A DNA stretch of 64,000 nucleotides from Trichosphaerium sp. ATCC 40318 (Eukaryota > Protista > Tubulinea), in assembly GCA_038496445.1 (NCBI GenBank), contig JALMLS010000278.1, forward strand, positions 1-64,000, in the 5' to 3' direction. Below are positions 12,310 through 28,320 of the stretch, piece after piece. Each line of letters starts with the position of its first letter. The stretch's first letter is position 1. Made by a program: the position numbers and the translations under genes. The notes under the pieces were generated by a model. That model was not told where the DNA came from. It saw only the letters and a program-made list of their open reading frames with translations, and did not search any database.

Positions 12310-15300
12310 TTACACGATTGCAGGATAGCTGTAATTTGAGGTAAAGCTTGTTCGCCAATAGCAAAGAGCTCCTGAAGTGCAAGACCAGCATCTATAGAAG
12401 TGCGTTAGCTTAACATGGTATCACAGTGCTCAACACTTAGTTCAAACACCAAAAACGTACCAGCGAAATGAAAGAACTCAGTCGCATAATCTAGAGCTGA
12501 GTACTTTACGACGTCGTTACGAGAGGATAAGCACTCCATGTAAACACCAACTATCCTGTCCGTTTCCCTAAGTTTTGGGTTAAACACAATTCACACTTAC
12601 AGTTGTTCGCTATTATGGCTGAAAAACTACAAAGGTACCTCAAATCCTCGTATAGGTAACGCAGTGACAACGAATAAGCTAGGTTTCTCAACGTCGCTGT
12701 AGGAACTAGTTCGTTACCAATACTTGCTGTATTATCAAGGTTCAAGAACGGTGTGAGATACATCACGAACTCTCGTAGAACAATAGGATGAACAACCTAA
12801 TAATTTTTTTAGTTTTGAAAACTACAAAAGCAAATATCACAAGTACGTACACTGGCCTTGTCCAGTTCTTTTAGAGCTGACACGCGGTTATCCATACTAC
12901 AATTTCGCTCCAAATCCAAAGCGTTCTTTATCACAGCCTTTTTATCGTCTGCAAACGGACTACGAAGCGCAGGAGGTGACCCATTAGCACCATCTACAAG
13001 CCATCGAAGCTGTTTAATTGCAGGAAATAAGTCAGCCACCCGTCTAAGCGTCTTGTTAATCAATGGCGGTCTAGAGCATATTGCGTACGATATGAATGAC
13101 GAATACTTTACTAGTGATTTATGTTGTGGTATTTCAAGCTTCAAGTGGCATAAGAATTGCGCAATCTTGAGAACCAGGTTCTAATACACAGTCAGTACCT
13201 TTGACACAGGTCTTAGAAGCTCGTACACGTAGTTGACTATGGTTGTAAATAGTGTTGGCAAGAAATTCAAGATACTCTCTTAAAATGAGTTCCAAGTGTT
13301 TACTCTGTAATAACATAAGCTTTAATATTGTAGCGTATCCATACCTTGAACAAAAACGGACGCATTACATCCATAATACCAAGAACGTAGGAAAACAGTA
13401 CATGGTACTGAGAACGTACGAACTCGCCTGTAGGAACATGTGTTTTACCATGTAGTAATGCACACAGTGAAGGCAAGTATCGCAGTACTACAGAAGGCGA
13501 GGTAGCTGCTATTTTTCGCAAGCGCACAAAAGCCAATCTTGACAAGTCTACAATACCCAAATTTTGTACAAGTTTATGTATCTTCACGTCAGCCTGGAGA
13601 GAAAATATGTAAGTGATAATTTCATACGGTGATGATCGTACTTTTGAAGATAACGCATCGAACGATGTGGAAAGTAAGTGATCAAGTGTTGGGTTTCTAA
13701 CTTTTCCCAAAGTGCTGGCATTGAAGTACAAGCCTGCAAGTAGCATCATAGCGCCAGTAGGCCTTATGCTCTCCTTAAAGGGTATTAGAGGATAGATAGT
13801 AAGACAAAGATGTACCTCCGTATTAGTAGTTCGTGTGAATATACCAAAGAGTCCATTAAGGGGAAATGTTTTGGATAAAGCCTAGTGCTACGATTAACTA
13901 GGTTCTTGGTTTTTTAAATATTAATAGCGTACTGCTGCTCTAGGGATATCTGAGTGATGCAACAAATAATGAATAAGGTCTTGTAAATGCTTTGGATCAC
14001 TTTTTGTAACACCAAGTAGAAGTTTTAGCCTAAAAATTAATTAATGAGACCGTACAGTTTTAACTGCGTGTAAACTAAGCACCTCTTTTCAACTATAGAA
14101 CCATGGAATTCGTCAACTAAGTTAAGGGGTTAGTATGAGAATTGTGCAAGCTATTTAAAGGAGCACATACGAGAACTTTCTCTAATTTCTTCCAAGGTAA
14201 TATCACACAACTTTAAAATGTTCGCTTGAGTTAATGCATAAACATCTGATTGAGCTTTCAGTTGTGTCTTTGATGCAATGTGAACCCACGACTGAGGTTG
14301 ATACAAATACATAGACACGAATTCTAGAGCAGACGTGGGATTCAACTCCTAGACACAAAGTTAGCAATAATAAATTACAAAAAAAAAATGATGTAACAAA
14401 GTTGCTTGCCTTTAGCGGTGTTCTCATTAATCTATCCATGTATTTCCGTTTTACAGACCACGCTGCTTCATGAACAAGCTTACTTAAAAGTAGTGGTCGT
14501 ATGTTCTTGCCAACATGTGGATCACAACGCTTAAATAGCAAGTCAAAAATTCCCTCGTTTGTCATCCCGCTATCCAGCTTTAAAAGCCATTCAACAAGAA
14601 CTATTGAATATCCAGGAATATCCTCTGCTTCTTGTGTGAACTTGTGCATACTGTTCAAAGTTGAAACAATCCCTGACGTGATTTGAACATTCGAAGATGG
14701 CTGATACGTATCAGGAGCATTCTCACTCATGAAATGAAACGCTTCTCTGACAATTGAAGAAAAATGTGGTGTCTGTTCCTGAAGCAATGTCGTAATGAGT
14801 TTGAAAGTGTCTTCAGCTTCGAAAATAACTCGTTTGTCGCTTGTTTGTAAATGAGAATACAGTATCTGTGCTACGTTTCCTTGATGAGTTTCCGCTAGTT
14901 TTGCGAAGATTACATCTTCTTGAGCAACTTCACCAACGCCTCTAATTGATTCCACAATACCAGTAACTTCTGTGACAGTTTGGAAGAGTTGTAAAGTAAA
15001 GAACTCTGGTTGCTTAAGCAAGAAGCCTTTGAGCTCTTCCAGTATATGTAAGAAAGGCTTGGCATCTCTAGGTGGTGGGAAGCAAAGGCATATACAATTC
15101 AGCAGTGGTATAGAAAAGCACGATTTCTTTAATAGCTCAAGTAAAAGACTATCGCGTTGAGGTGCTGATGCTATACCAAGTTGAAGATATTGTACAATAG
15201 CATCAGCTAACCCAAACTCAGAAGTCAACAATGAAGTATTTAGTTCATTGAGACACCATCCTAAGTAATCATCTCGAAGACTCTCAGCTAATGAATCAGG

Positions 15301-18300
15301 GCTACAAAGATCGTTACTATCATTGGAAAATGATCATGTAGAGAATACGTACTTTACAAACAATGCATTAACTATACTTCGTGCTTGATTTTCTACGTTT
15401 TGGCTTGCCAAGTCATGTTGTTGAGGTGCTGGGAATTCAGAAAGATCTCGGAATAATTTTTTTGGGTACACTAATTCAGGTTTATCCACAGACATCCTAT
15501 AAGACGATTAACCAAAAATACTCGACAATTCAAGCCAAAAAAACGTTACCCGTCAACTTTAGTTGTCGCAGAAATCTTTGCTAGTATTGCTTGTCCACCC
15601 GAAATACCCATATTATTATACATTGTTATACGTTCCGCAACCTTCTTCAAGTCCCAACCAGTAGTTTCTTCAAGAAACTCAACAGCATGACTGTTACAAA
15701 CAGCGTCAGCATTTTTATCCAAAAGAGACATGGAAAGTGCCACACATTCATCAGCCAAACCGTTTTTGGTCATGAGTATAAGCAAATTCGATGGAGCCAA
15801 AAAATTAACAGCTAAATTTAAGAAATGAGAAATTGATTTGGTTCTGGAGTGAAGTACCCGGCCGAAACAAGCGTTTGTCTGTAGCAAGACCAAGTGTCAA
15901 CGCTTGATCTTGGGTTATGGATGGCAGTGTATTCCCTTTACGGAGCATTGGTGGCAGCTCACCACTTTTAAAAAATATATCGATGAGTTTATCTTGTTCA
16001 ACTACTATTTCTTCGGTTTCTGCTGCGGAGTTAGAATAGTTTAAATGAAATCTGGGCATACCGTAGGGTTGGGATAGCAAGGTTATGATACCATCCCACA
16101 CTTGTGTTGGTAACTTAATAGACGCTTTATCTTTAATTTGTAGCGTAAGCGATGAGTGAGACGTGTCCATCTAGGAGTGATAAGAAGTTTTTTTATCGGT
16201 TGTTTATTGGAAGTACGTCATCTGTAGATGTTGCTGCATCAATAAATATCCGTATAAGTTTTGAATAAATCTTCTCAAGTCCCAAGAAACGCCTTATAAC
16301 TCTTTTTGAAGATAAGAGCTGTTTGCACAAATCCTACAAAATATTTAATAAGCTACTATTTGCTTATGTTAAAACAAATAATGTAGTGTTCCTACACAAT
16401 GTGCATGGCGATATCTAACGCCACACACATACTAGTGAGGTACACAAGGTAATTTAGGGACTTTGTATCAATGAAGAGCCAAAGCTGGGGCAAACCATTT
16501 TCTATAGTCCCATACTCGTAAACTGAGCTTAGTTTTTTGATTTCCTTACCTGTGCTAGTTCCCCTGAAGAATCTGCGTGTTCAACAAGAAAGTCAATGTA
16601 TGTACATATGACCTCAGTCTCATCCTCGTACGCGATGACTTTTATCAAGTGATCAAAAATTACACCTAAGAATTATTTAAGCTCGCACGAAATTCAAAAA
16701 AAAAAATTGTGGTTTGTGACTTTGTTAAGGCACACCAAGCTAAGTACTGGATTTTTGGCATAAAAAAACCACGAAAAATGATATTAGTACCTTTAGCGAT
16801 TATAAACCATCGTAATAGCGGCAGTTTGGTCAACCATCCACGCTTTGAGCTGTATGTAATTGAGAAAAAGAAAAAAAAGTGCGGTATTCGTACCCTCCAT
16901 CTACATCCATTGGATCGCTTCCAAGTATGCTACTTGACTCTTCCACTGTATCCGATTTGGTTGGTGGCCAATTGTGAAAAAGCTTGTTGAGTGCAGCATC
17001 ACTCATTGTTCTGTCATGTACATCCCTAAGAACGATTAGCTTGAGGCACATATAGTTTTGTTACGCACTTGGAAGCAAGTTTGCTCAAGAAAAAGTCAAC
17101 AGCAGCAATTGTTTCCGTTTTGCCATTAAATCCAGTGCGAAGAAGTGCTAAAATTTCATTTGCTAGTTGCGCTGGTGCTGACTTTATGTCGGCAGCACGT
17201 GTAGATTGTGAAATTAGTAGAAGCTCAGCGAGAGCACGTGTTGGAAGTACACTCAACGTGTTTGGCGAATTAATGACTATAGGACCTAGCCACGTAATAG
17301 AACTGGCACCTTGGCGCTTCATTATATCTACCAAGAAATCTGAAAGATAAAACAGTAAGTAACAACTACACTAATATTCCTCTTAACATGCCTGGTTTAC
17401 GAGAACTGCAAAGCAGGTGTCCAACACAAATGAGCTGCTTATCTACATAATCAAGTCTTTCAATAAAATCTCTTGGAGCTGGCATAACATCTGTTGAAAT
17501 ATCGAACGCTATTAACTAAGTTGTATTTAATAAAAATAACAAAGTTGTTTGTTTTACCTTTGAAAATAGATCCGATGTCTCTGAAATTACTGGCGCTACG
17601 TCTTCACCTAGTACATTGTAAGGATATTTAATAGTAAGTTGGTATACCGTCACGTGTAGCAGCTTCTAATTGTGTTATTAGCTGACGACCTTTCTGTAAT
17701 ACATCAACCTATTGAAGTAGTTTAATTTGTGTGCGTGTATTGAATATTAATACCCTTGGCGATGATTCCCAGCGTTGCATAACTGCCATTTCCATGAAAC
17801 TCTTCAATGTTGGTATATTTTCCCACAGGTACTTTCCAATTGTCATTGGGTTCAAAGAAGCGCAAATAATTAACAAGAGCGTTGCCTAGTGATCATTAAC
17901 ACAGAAATAAATTTTGATTTTGATTTTACATACCACCCAGAAATCTTCGTTAACATAAAACTTTGTTGTTAGTGGCAGATTAAGCTTAGCTCTGGTTTCG
18001 TCTGACATTGCGTACTCTGCCAATAGTAGCATACCATCACAAACGGATGTATTTTGTAATACAATAGCTCCCTCAGAAGCATAACCTTTCTAAACAGCAA
18101 TTACTATGTGGTGATGACAGCAAACGACGTACTGTTCTATCTGCAGCACGTGCCACTAAGTGCTCAAACATTTGTAATACGTCAACATTAGGTAATCGGA
18201 CAGGCATATTGACATTTAGGGCAAGTGACATAAGACTATGCGAACGTATAAGATACTTAAAGTAAAAAAATCTACATTTCGTACATGTGGAACGTTTCTT

Positions 18301-20571
18301 CTTCAACTGGTACATTACGTGTTAATACTGCAAAAATTGTGTTCATTGATTCCCCCTTAAAGAAAGGTTGCTTGAAGATATTTAGTTTTGATGTCTAGAT
18401 AGAAAAGAAGTAACTTACAACATCCGCTGTAAAATAGGTTTGTTGCGGCTCTAAGAATAGCAACTTCCTAACCATCTTGGCATACACAGGCAACACTTCG
18501 TCAGTGTCTGAAAGGTACTGCGGTATTGTCGAACAAAACTTCATAGCTTCTCTCTAAATTCAACAAATGAGTAAGGGCACTATTCTCTGAACAAAAAATG
18601 ACATTTTGACATGTGTCAAAAGAAAATTTCTGAAAACGCACTTGTATTACGGCAACATGTTTTCTCGCTTTCCTCAATACTGCTGCCTTATCCTTTGCTT
18701 TCAATAAAGTATTAGTACTCAATATTAGGGAATGTGAGCGTACATGCAACTGTGCCAGTAAGTATGCTTCCAGGAACTGTCAATATAATACACAAACAAA
18801 CTAAGTCTACTATTTGATGGACCCAAAATTCTTTTACGTAATCTTCATAGTTTGACAAATCCAGTGGTTGCATCAATCTATAACCAATGCTTTCAAAGTT
18901 TATGTTTGTGTAGTTTCCCAATGTACGTATTGAATTTATGAAAAGAGGTACAATAACTGACTGAAGCTTAGGGTCTGTAGGTATCTGCTGAATTATTTGA
19001 GCGAGGTGATACTCCTTGTTATCTGGAAGTGATTGGTAGATAATCAAGAGCTTCTTAGAGTTATTAAGTATGCCAGGATTCACAATGGCTTCTTTATATA
19101 TGAATCCACGAAGCGCTAAAGTTATATTAATAAAGACCATTTCCAAAGAATTATGTTTAATATTTACCTAGCCACGGATAGTTTTTATGACTTTGCATCA
19201 ACTGTTTGATTTTATCTTGAATAAACTGCGCATTCATGCCAACTACTCTCACAGCGAGTATGTTCTCCAAAGTTACAATATCTTGTTTAGTGTCCGTATT
19301 ACACTGTACGACAATGTTACTGATAAGATCCTTAGCAAAGCGTGTAGTGCTTGGCATTGTCATCCAGGCTAATTGTTTTAGTGTTTTAATCCTTGTTACT
19401 TTTTAGGTGCTCCTTGCGTACTTTGTAAGTGCATTGAAGCAAGTTCTCGAACTTCTGGGGAAGTAACAGTAGCAGACATTAATCGTACGACATTTTTTAG
19501 GTTTGTATCTTCCTTGGATAGGCATTCATTTAATATAGTCAGTACGAGATCTTGAACTTCTCTGCGTTGCACAGGATCAGGATATCGATCACATACAGCT
19601 TCTGTGTTAGCGCCCTATAATAAAATTCAGAAAGAAAAAAAAAAAAAATGTTCTTTTTTTTTCAAACTCACCTCAGCAGAGAAGACTGTTAGCACATTAG
19701 CCACAAATAACCTAGAATTTTCGTCATCAACCCATACTCTGTCATCAAGAGAGTCTTGAAAGAAAGCCTTGTCTACATTAGCACTGACAATTTTTTGAAG
19801 AAAAACTGATGTGCAAAGTACCCTCACAAAATCCACCGGCCAACCTTTTACAGATTTGTACGCTTGATACAGTAAATTGCATACTAGTATAGGTACAATA
19901 GGCGCTCGTTTAAACGAACGAGGCTTGCCCTTGAGAATAGAAAGGAGGTACTAAAAACAGACGTGTTAGAAGAAATACGCAAAGTCATTTGACATTGTGC
20001 TAACCTTTTGAATTGATGGCTCTTTGAATATTGAAGCCTTTACTTTACAAGCGTACATAAGTCCCAAGTAGCAATGTTCATCTGGATTTAAAGGGGAAGC
20101 TTGCAAGACATCGAGGTTGGCCTTAATTATACCAATAACAGCACCAAAATTTTTGCTGTCAGCGGCCGTTAAAATTTCTTGAGCTATGTCCTTGGCTAGC
20201 ATTGCGTTTAGTGTAATGTTGATTAGCATAACCAACGAAAAGTTATTAAATTGTCAAGGATAGTACCATGAGAGTCATTCTCAATCTTTTTCATGCTGCC
20301 TGGGCGTTCTACAAGGTGTTAGTAATGTTTTTTTCGTTTTATGTTTTAGACATTTACCAGCAGGTGGCATTGAGCGTTGTATGTACGGTTTAGGTGCCTA
20401 CGGGGTGTTAATAAATTAGTTTAGACAGATGTTAACCTTGTCCTGGCTTTTGGTTCGACCTATACACTGTCAGATGTAAAATAATTGCTCTACGGCGTTT
20501 GTACCCAATGCGACAATATCATCACCACCATACAGGTTTGAGCCCCTTGGAAACTTACCAGGGTTGCTCAT
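12310..20571 (-). CDS. INTS1: Integrator complex subunit 1
   Basis: Very large multi-exon gene. GWPVDFV..FQDSLDDRVWVDDENSRLFVANVLTVF near the N-terminus and VVLRYLPSLCALLHGKTH..EFVRSQYH near the C-terminus match INTS1 signatures. Confidence 0.88.
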
Positions 20572-20725
20572 GGTGGCACCAACGCCTAATTGTATGGCGT
20601 TTGCGCGTAATTGTTAAGTCTTGTTTTTTTTCAAAATACCCCTGAATAAAGCGCGAAATAGTTGTGCTACGGTATTTGTTTACTTTATGACATTGCGCTA
20701 CACATACAAGTACAGGTTGTTTGCT

Positions 20726-21732
20726 CTAGCTTTCAGGTTTTTTATCTAAGAATATTTCCCACCTATAACAACCTTCATGGAGTGTCTTACTGTGTGCGTA
20801 TGACCCACAAACCCTACAATGATCAGACAGCAAAATGTCTTCTCACAAGTAAAACGGCACACGAGGCCGTGGCGTTGTTTACAACGCAAACCGCATGAAA
20901 AAAGAACGGGTTGGTTTAAACCGTATGCAATAGTACCTGTCAAAGAGCCTTTGCGTCGCGATATTGTCTGGCATAGTTTCAGCAATGCACGTCTTCTTTC
21001 CTTCCATCGCTGCAATTTCAAGCAAATACTTTGTCTAAAGCAAAGATTAAATACTATTCACGCTGTATTTCGACGGCGTACAATGTACGTAGCTATCCCT
21101 CTACCTTGTCAAAGGTTAAAATATGACACGAATATTGTCTCACCTTGAAATTTATCTGCAACTGTCACGGCCATTTCACACGTGTCACCATCATTCTTTG
21201 GGCTCATGTAACGTGCTATACCAACGAAAGAGTCGGTGGTGCTGTCTACAGCCGCGAGAGCTATACGTCACGTGAGTAAAAAGGAAAAGAAATCCAATTT
21301 ATTTAATAACGTACCAAAGTCGTGCGTGTAATCAACGTGGGTGAAGTAGTGAACCTCTTTGGGCGTCAGCTTTGTTTTAGCGTGAAAGAAACGCATGTAG
21401 CGAGAGTGAGGACTCTAAATACGCAGTTAAACATAGCGGTAGGTGTGTTGACTAACTCGCGTACCATGTGTTTCTCCACAAACATTTTTTCGCGAATCTT
21501 GGGATGAATAAGAAACAAATCCGTTAACAATGCGGACCTCGTCATCTGGAGTAATAGGGCGAATAACTAATAATGTTTTGGATGGTTTTGTTCCTCTAGA
21601 GAGAAATGTAACATCTCGTGAGAATTTACTGTTTGGGTGGTGCTTAACAGACACGGGTATGCGCTCTAAATGTTTGGAAGATATTTAGTGTATTGTTCAA
21701 TTACCTGGTTTCATAACTCTACGCAGGCGCAT
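20726..21732 (-). CDS. GNAT N-acetyltransferase of the bacterial Pat/acyl-CoA-synthetase-associated type
   Basis: IRPITPDDE..SRYMRFF..FTHVDYTHDFALAA..VGIARY..CEMAVTVADKFQG.GIAT..AETMPDN; several introns. Confidence 0.85.
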
Positions 21733-22159
21733 CTGAAAGAAAACTACAAGGGAAAATTGTACCTGACATTTCTTGACGTTGATAGTTATGTTACCGTAAC
21801 AACCTAATTAGGTGAACAAAGAATCACAACTCAGTCAAAGGCTGGAAATAATAAAACGTTTGACCAAAACAATAGTCCACCAAGGACGCTGTCATACTTT
21901 TCTAGTACTGTCCTTTCTCACAATGGAATAGTGGTAATAGTTAACGTTGTTGGAGGCTGTAGTGACAGAAAAATTATTCAAATTTCACAAAAGTCGAAAA
22001 ACAGCTACTGTTTCACTGAGGTATTGCAATTCTCATAATTCATTTGTCGCGCCTTAAAATCGCCTATATGTGTTATCCAAGTGCGTAGAATAGTAATATA
22101 CATCCCAAAATTTTTACATCAAGTGACACTTTGTTTCAAAAGGCATTTCTTTTTAGTGG

Positions 22160-22772
22160 CTAATGGATGAGATATAAGGTGCATCAAACAACGTTCATAC
22201 AGCTGTATATGAGACTGCGTATGAGTTCGTTTCGAGTTGAAGTCTGCCGAAATTGTAAAGGTTTAAGCAATGAATCAGAAACGGACTCTTGTGGGGTAGT
22301 AGAATGCTTTGTAAAATATATTGTAACTAAGTTACGTTGGTACATCGGAAATCAACTAAAATACCAATACCTTGTCGACTTACTTTGCCGTTTCTACTTC
22401 TGATTACCACCAGTTACTTCTTGGGCCCTTTGGGCACTTGAGTCAGATCAATGCTATCACCTATCATCCTTTTTGCAAAACCTACAGATAGTACTCCACA
22501 TCTCTTTCACCAGCGTTCTTTTTAAGCAGTAACTATAACCAGATCTCTTATACAATGGTAGCTGCACTACTAAAACGAAAGGAAGTACCGCACGTGCCAA
22601 CATTAACAAACGTTTACATTTGCGTAGAAAACATCAAAGCTTGTGTCTCGTATCATTGTAACCGTGAAAAAAAACAGGAATAAAGGACTTAGTGAATCTA
22701 CAACACTTAGTGGTTAAGGACTGTCCAAGATTACGAAATCATGTTGAAATATATGAGCTTACTTCTAACTAG
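22160..22772 (+). pseudogene. Degenerate intronless leucine-rich-repeat remnant
   Basis: GIKDLVNLQHLVVKDCPRL at ~22677-22736, with stops and frameshifts upstream. Resembles 58409-58954. Confidence 0.3.
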
Positions 22773-22988
22773 TCAAATAAAGTAATGTAATATTGACTTC
22801 GTATCGATGTTCATTCCTTCTCATTTAAATAATACTGTATCGGTTGGGCTTTGTTGAACAAGGAACTACTTTATGTATCTATTCTTTACATCTACAATTA
22901 CTTTTATTAAGCACTGTACTATGAGCTTAATGGCATTCAATATTATCTATAGTTGACTTCTTTGTCTCGGTTTAAATCTGTTTGAGTA

Positions 22989-25249
22989 CTAAGGAAAGTC
23001 TAGGTTTAGGTCATCATTTGGAAACAACTCAAAGCCCTCTTGAAGGGGCCAATCTATTTCTCCAGGCATACTCGCCAAGTTTTCTGTAGGTTCTAGAACA
23101 TCAGTAAATTGTTCAGCGTCGACGTGACCTTTCTCATCTTTTTTAGTCATAGAGACTTCATCCATGATAAACATTTTCAACAAACTTTTTTTGTAATATT
23201 CTAATCCAGTTTTATCGGCCATTGTGAACAAAGATCTACATTACAATCCGTTAAACATATGGGGCGGTAAAAATATGCACATGAGGCACCCAATTTGAGC
23301 TTACTGTATTAAGTGGTTACAGTCATCGAAATTAGTGTGCAAGTAAATCATTACCTAAAAGAATTTTGTATTGGCTTTTTCACTTTGATAATCTTACCTC
23401 TTGAAGAAATTGTGCATCTTTATTATGAATAGAAATCACGCCAATATCGTGTAAAATATGCATGTGATGAGGGCATTTGTCAGGGTAGATAACACAACGG
23501 TAGAACAACTCTTTGCTTCTCTGTTCTAAAGTATCAGCATAAGTCCTTCAAACACAACCAGCTTGCCTTTAGCGCTTCTACTAAGTGACCACCAGCAAAG
23601 TAAATAAACGCAGAAACTGCAGTGCTCATTGTTATGAATCTTACATACAGTTCTGGATACTGTTTTGGATCTAGTACATCTAAAGCAAGCTGTTTCATTG
23701 TAGAATACTCATACAAGTAATTCGCGAACATATCTTCAGACTACATTACCAAGTTAGTGAATGCCTCTAAATCAAGAAACTGCTTTTAAAACAATTTTAG
23801 CTGCATGCAGCTGTGCCCTATGATTCTAATACATAAAAACTTATTTAAGCGTACGACACTATTTAGTTTGAAGGCCAGGCCACTAGATGATGGAGCTTGC
23901 GTTGAAATTGTAAGCCATATCTTAACAAGAAAGTGTTAACAGATAACGTTCAAATAGTCAAAAAATTACACCTTTCCGAAAGAACACCACACTAACTGAG
24001 TTGCTAGCGCCAAACATGGCCTACTTGAACTCTCCAATTTCCTACGAAGGTCTTCACCTATTACTTTTAAGCGATGAAGTGCGTTCTCCCTACAAATCAC
24101 ATAAGACACGTTCTCATTTTTTTCTTTTTTTTTTGAATGCCTGTCTGTAAACACGTGATGAGAGAATAGTTTACAGCCTCTCTCAATGAGTTCCAGATAC
24201 TTAAGGGAAGAAAACTCAGGATCTTTTACTAGTTTGGCGAGCATATCTACAGTGCTTAGCGAACCAAACAACAACAAAAGTGCTAGAACATACTTTGCCC
24301 CTTAATAGAGTACTCAGATATTTCCGGCTTTCCTGCAAAGAATCCAGTATCTCTACCAAGAAGAACCAAACCAGCTATTTTATTCTCAGTCATCACTTCA
24401 AGTTGTATTTGTGACGTACTGGCGACAGAAGGGTGAACAATACCATCAAGGTTAGCCTCTATTTGCTCACAAACACCAAATAATTTTTCAGATGCTACTG
24501 GGAATACGTGACGTGCTCCTGTCGCAATAATAGTCGTTATTTCAAATATGGTTGGGTCCGCAGACCATGCTGTAACGCATTAGTAATTTTTTTGGATTCA
24601 ACATAGCCGCACAATTGCAGTTCCGTATTGCCGAGAGTACAGTTTCAGAGTTCCAGTGACGCAATGGTACACCCTTTATGGACAAATTAGCGGCGCTAGT
24701 AAATTCTCCAGCTTACAAACTTTGGGAAGTAGAGTCTATCGTAGTTCATTATCCATGTTGTAACACATGCTGAGATATTCAAGTCTATGCATAGATTCCA
24801 CAGAACATTCTGCAAAACAATCGAATAAATAAAATTATACTGGTAAACAGTTTTTGGGTAAACGCTAGAAAAAATGTTCGCTAGTACTAGCGACGGACAC
24901 ATTACCTCGTTTTTGGTAAGCCTCGAGTACTGCTTGCGCCAGTGGTCAGCCTCACGTGCTCGTAAAGCGAGTTGGGCTTTTAGGTTTTCGATGGTTGTAA
25001 TATATTCGTCCTCTAATAGAAATTAATGTCGATTTGGACCGTACTACACGTGCTAGATACTGCACCCCTTTTTTTGGGTTTTAAGTAAATACATTCAATA
25101 TCTCTTTTAATACAACGACTACATGGCCTTCCTTCGTCGCACTTTGCATGGGACCTCCTACAAGCAGCGCAAGCGAGACTGCCGCGTCTTGTAACTCTAC
25201 ATATCGGCATGGCCAAACGTCTTTTTTTTAAAGGTGGTTCTTCACTCAT
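22989..25249 (-). CDS. Zn(II)2Cys6 (Gal4-type) transcription factor
   Basis: PPLKKRR NLS; ACAACRRSHAKCDEGRPCSRCIKRDIECIY binuclear cluster; a following coiled coil; acidic C-terminus (..FELFPNDDLNLDFP). Confidence 0.93.
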
Positions 25250-25339
25250 CCTAGAACAGCTATGGCGATGTTGGTACTGTGCTCCAACCTGCTTTCAAAA
25301 GCACGTGTTTCATTCAAGAAAAGTCTTTTTTTTTCTACC

Positions 25340-25483
25340 TGGTAAATACGGTGTTGACGATATCAAGGACAATCATACTGACAGGGCTGCATCTGCATAC
25401 ATTTCTTATCGTGATGCTTGGGTACCTGTTGTGTTGGCAGGAGGAGATAAGAAAAAGTTTGGTGAATAAACACAACTCAAAGC
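25340..25483 (+). pseudogene. GST gene fragment (third copy)
   Basis: GKYGVDDIKDNHTDRAASAYISYRDAWVPVVLAGGDKKKFGE* is nearly identical to 30928-31078, ending in a small deletion and a stop. Confidence 0.92.
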
Positions 25484-25529
25484 TGTTAACGTATTACAAT
25501 TTATTGTCAGAATAAGACATAGTGGGTTC

Positions 25530-27764
<2,235 letters not shown>

Positions 27765-28184
27765 ATTTTTCGTTATTGCCACGTCATGGTTGCGCTGTTG
27801 GCAAAAAATTCAATTAATAAAAAGCAAATAACAAGTGAAATTTCTAATAATCCGCTATTTACAGTTATAGCACACGTGCTGAATATTTCCTTTTTTTGAC
27901 CACCTGTGCGCACTAAAAGATAGCTCTACTACAGGTTATGCAAACAGACACTTATTGGCTTGTTCGAGTGTCAATGGGTTAATAATAATAGCGAGCTGAC
28001 TGAAATTACGGAGATGCCAACCGCACGTGTGACTAACGCCCTTGCACGTACGAACTCCACTTTTTTACATGAAGTATCAAGCGTTACAATATTTTTGTGG
28101 GTTTTGATACGCAAAAGCTTGGGTCGTTGTAGTTCTGATTCACATTGTTACTTTTTTTAAGTGGAAGCTCGGATCACCGTAAAT

Positions 28185-28279
28185 CTGTCAGGGTTTACCC
28201 TGTCAGTCAGGGCTGAACCCTGAGATAACCTAAATCCGACCCAGGGTAACCCTGTCTACCAGGGAGGTATCCCCTGATA
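28185..28279 (+). promoter_or_regulatory. Array of four CAGGG-N(3-7)-CCCTG palindromes upstream of the metallothionein
   Basis: 28189-28202 (N4), 28208-28222 (N5), 28242-28254 (N3), 28260-28276 (N7). The array ends ~45 bp before the ATG. Confidence 0.75.
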
Positions 28280-28320
28280 GAATTAAAATATCAACAAACT
28301 AAACGAACTAACAACACATC

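Noticed and set aside
28185-28279. Palindrome array as a CRISPR, MITE or telomere-like (TCAGGG) repeat
   Set aside because: No repeat-spacer periodicity, no terminal inverted repeats with target-site duplication, and the units are inverted rather than tandem.
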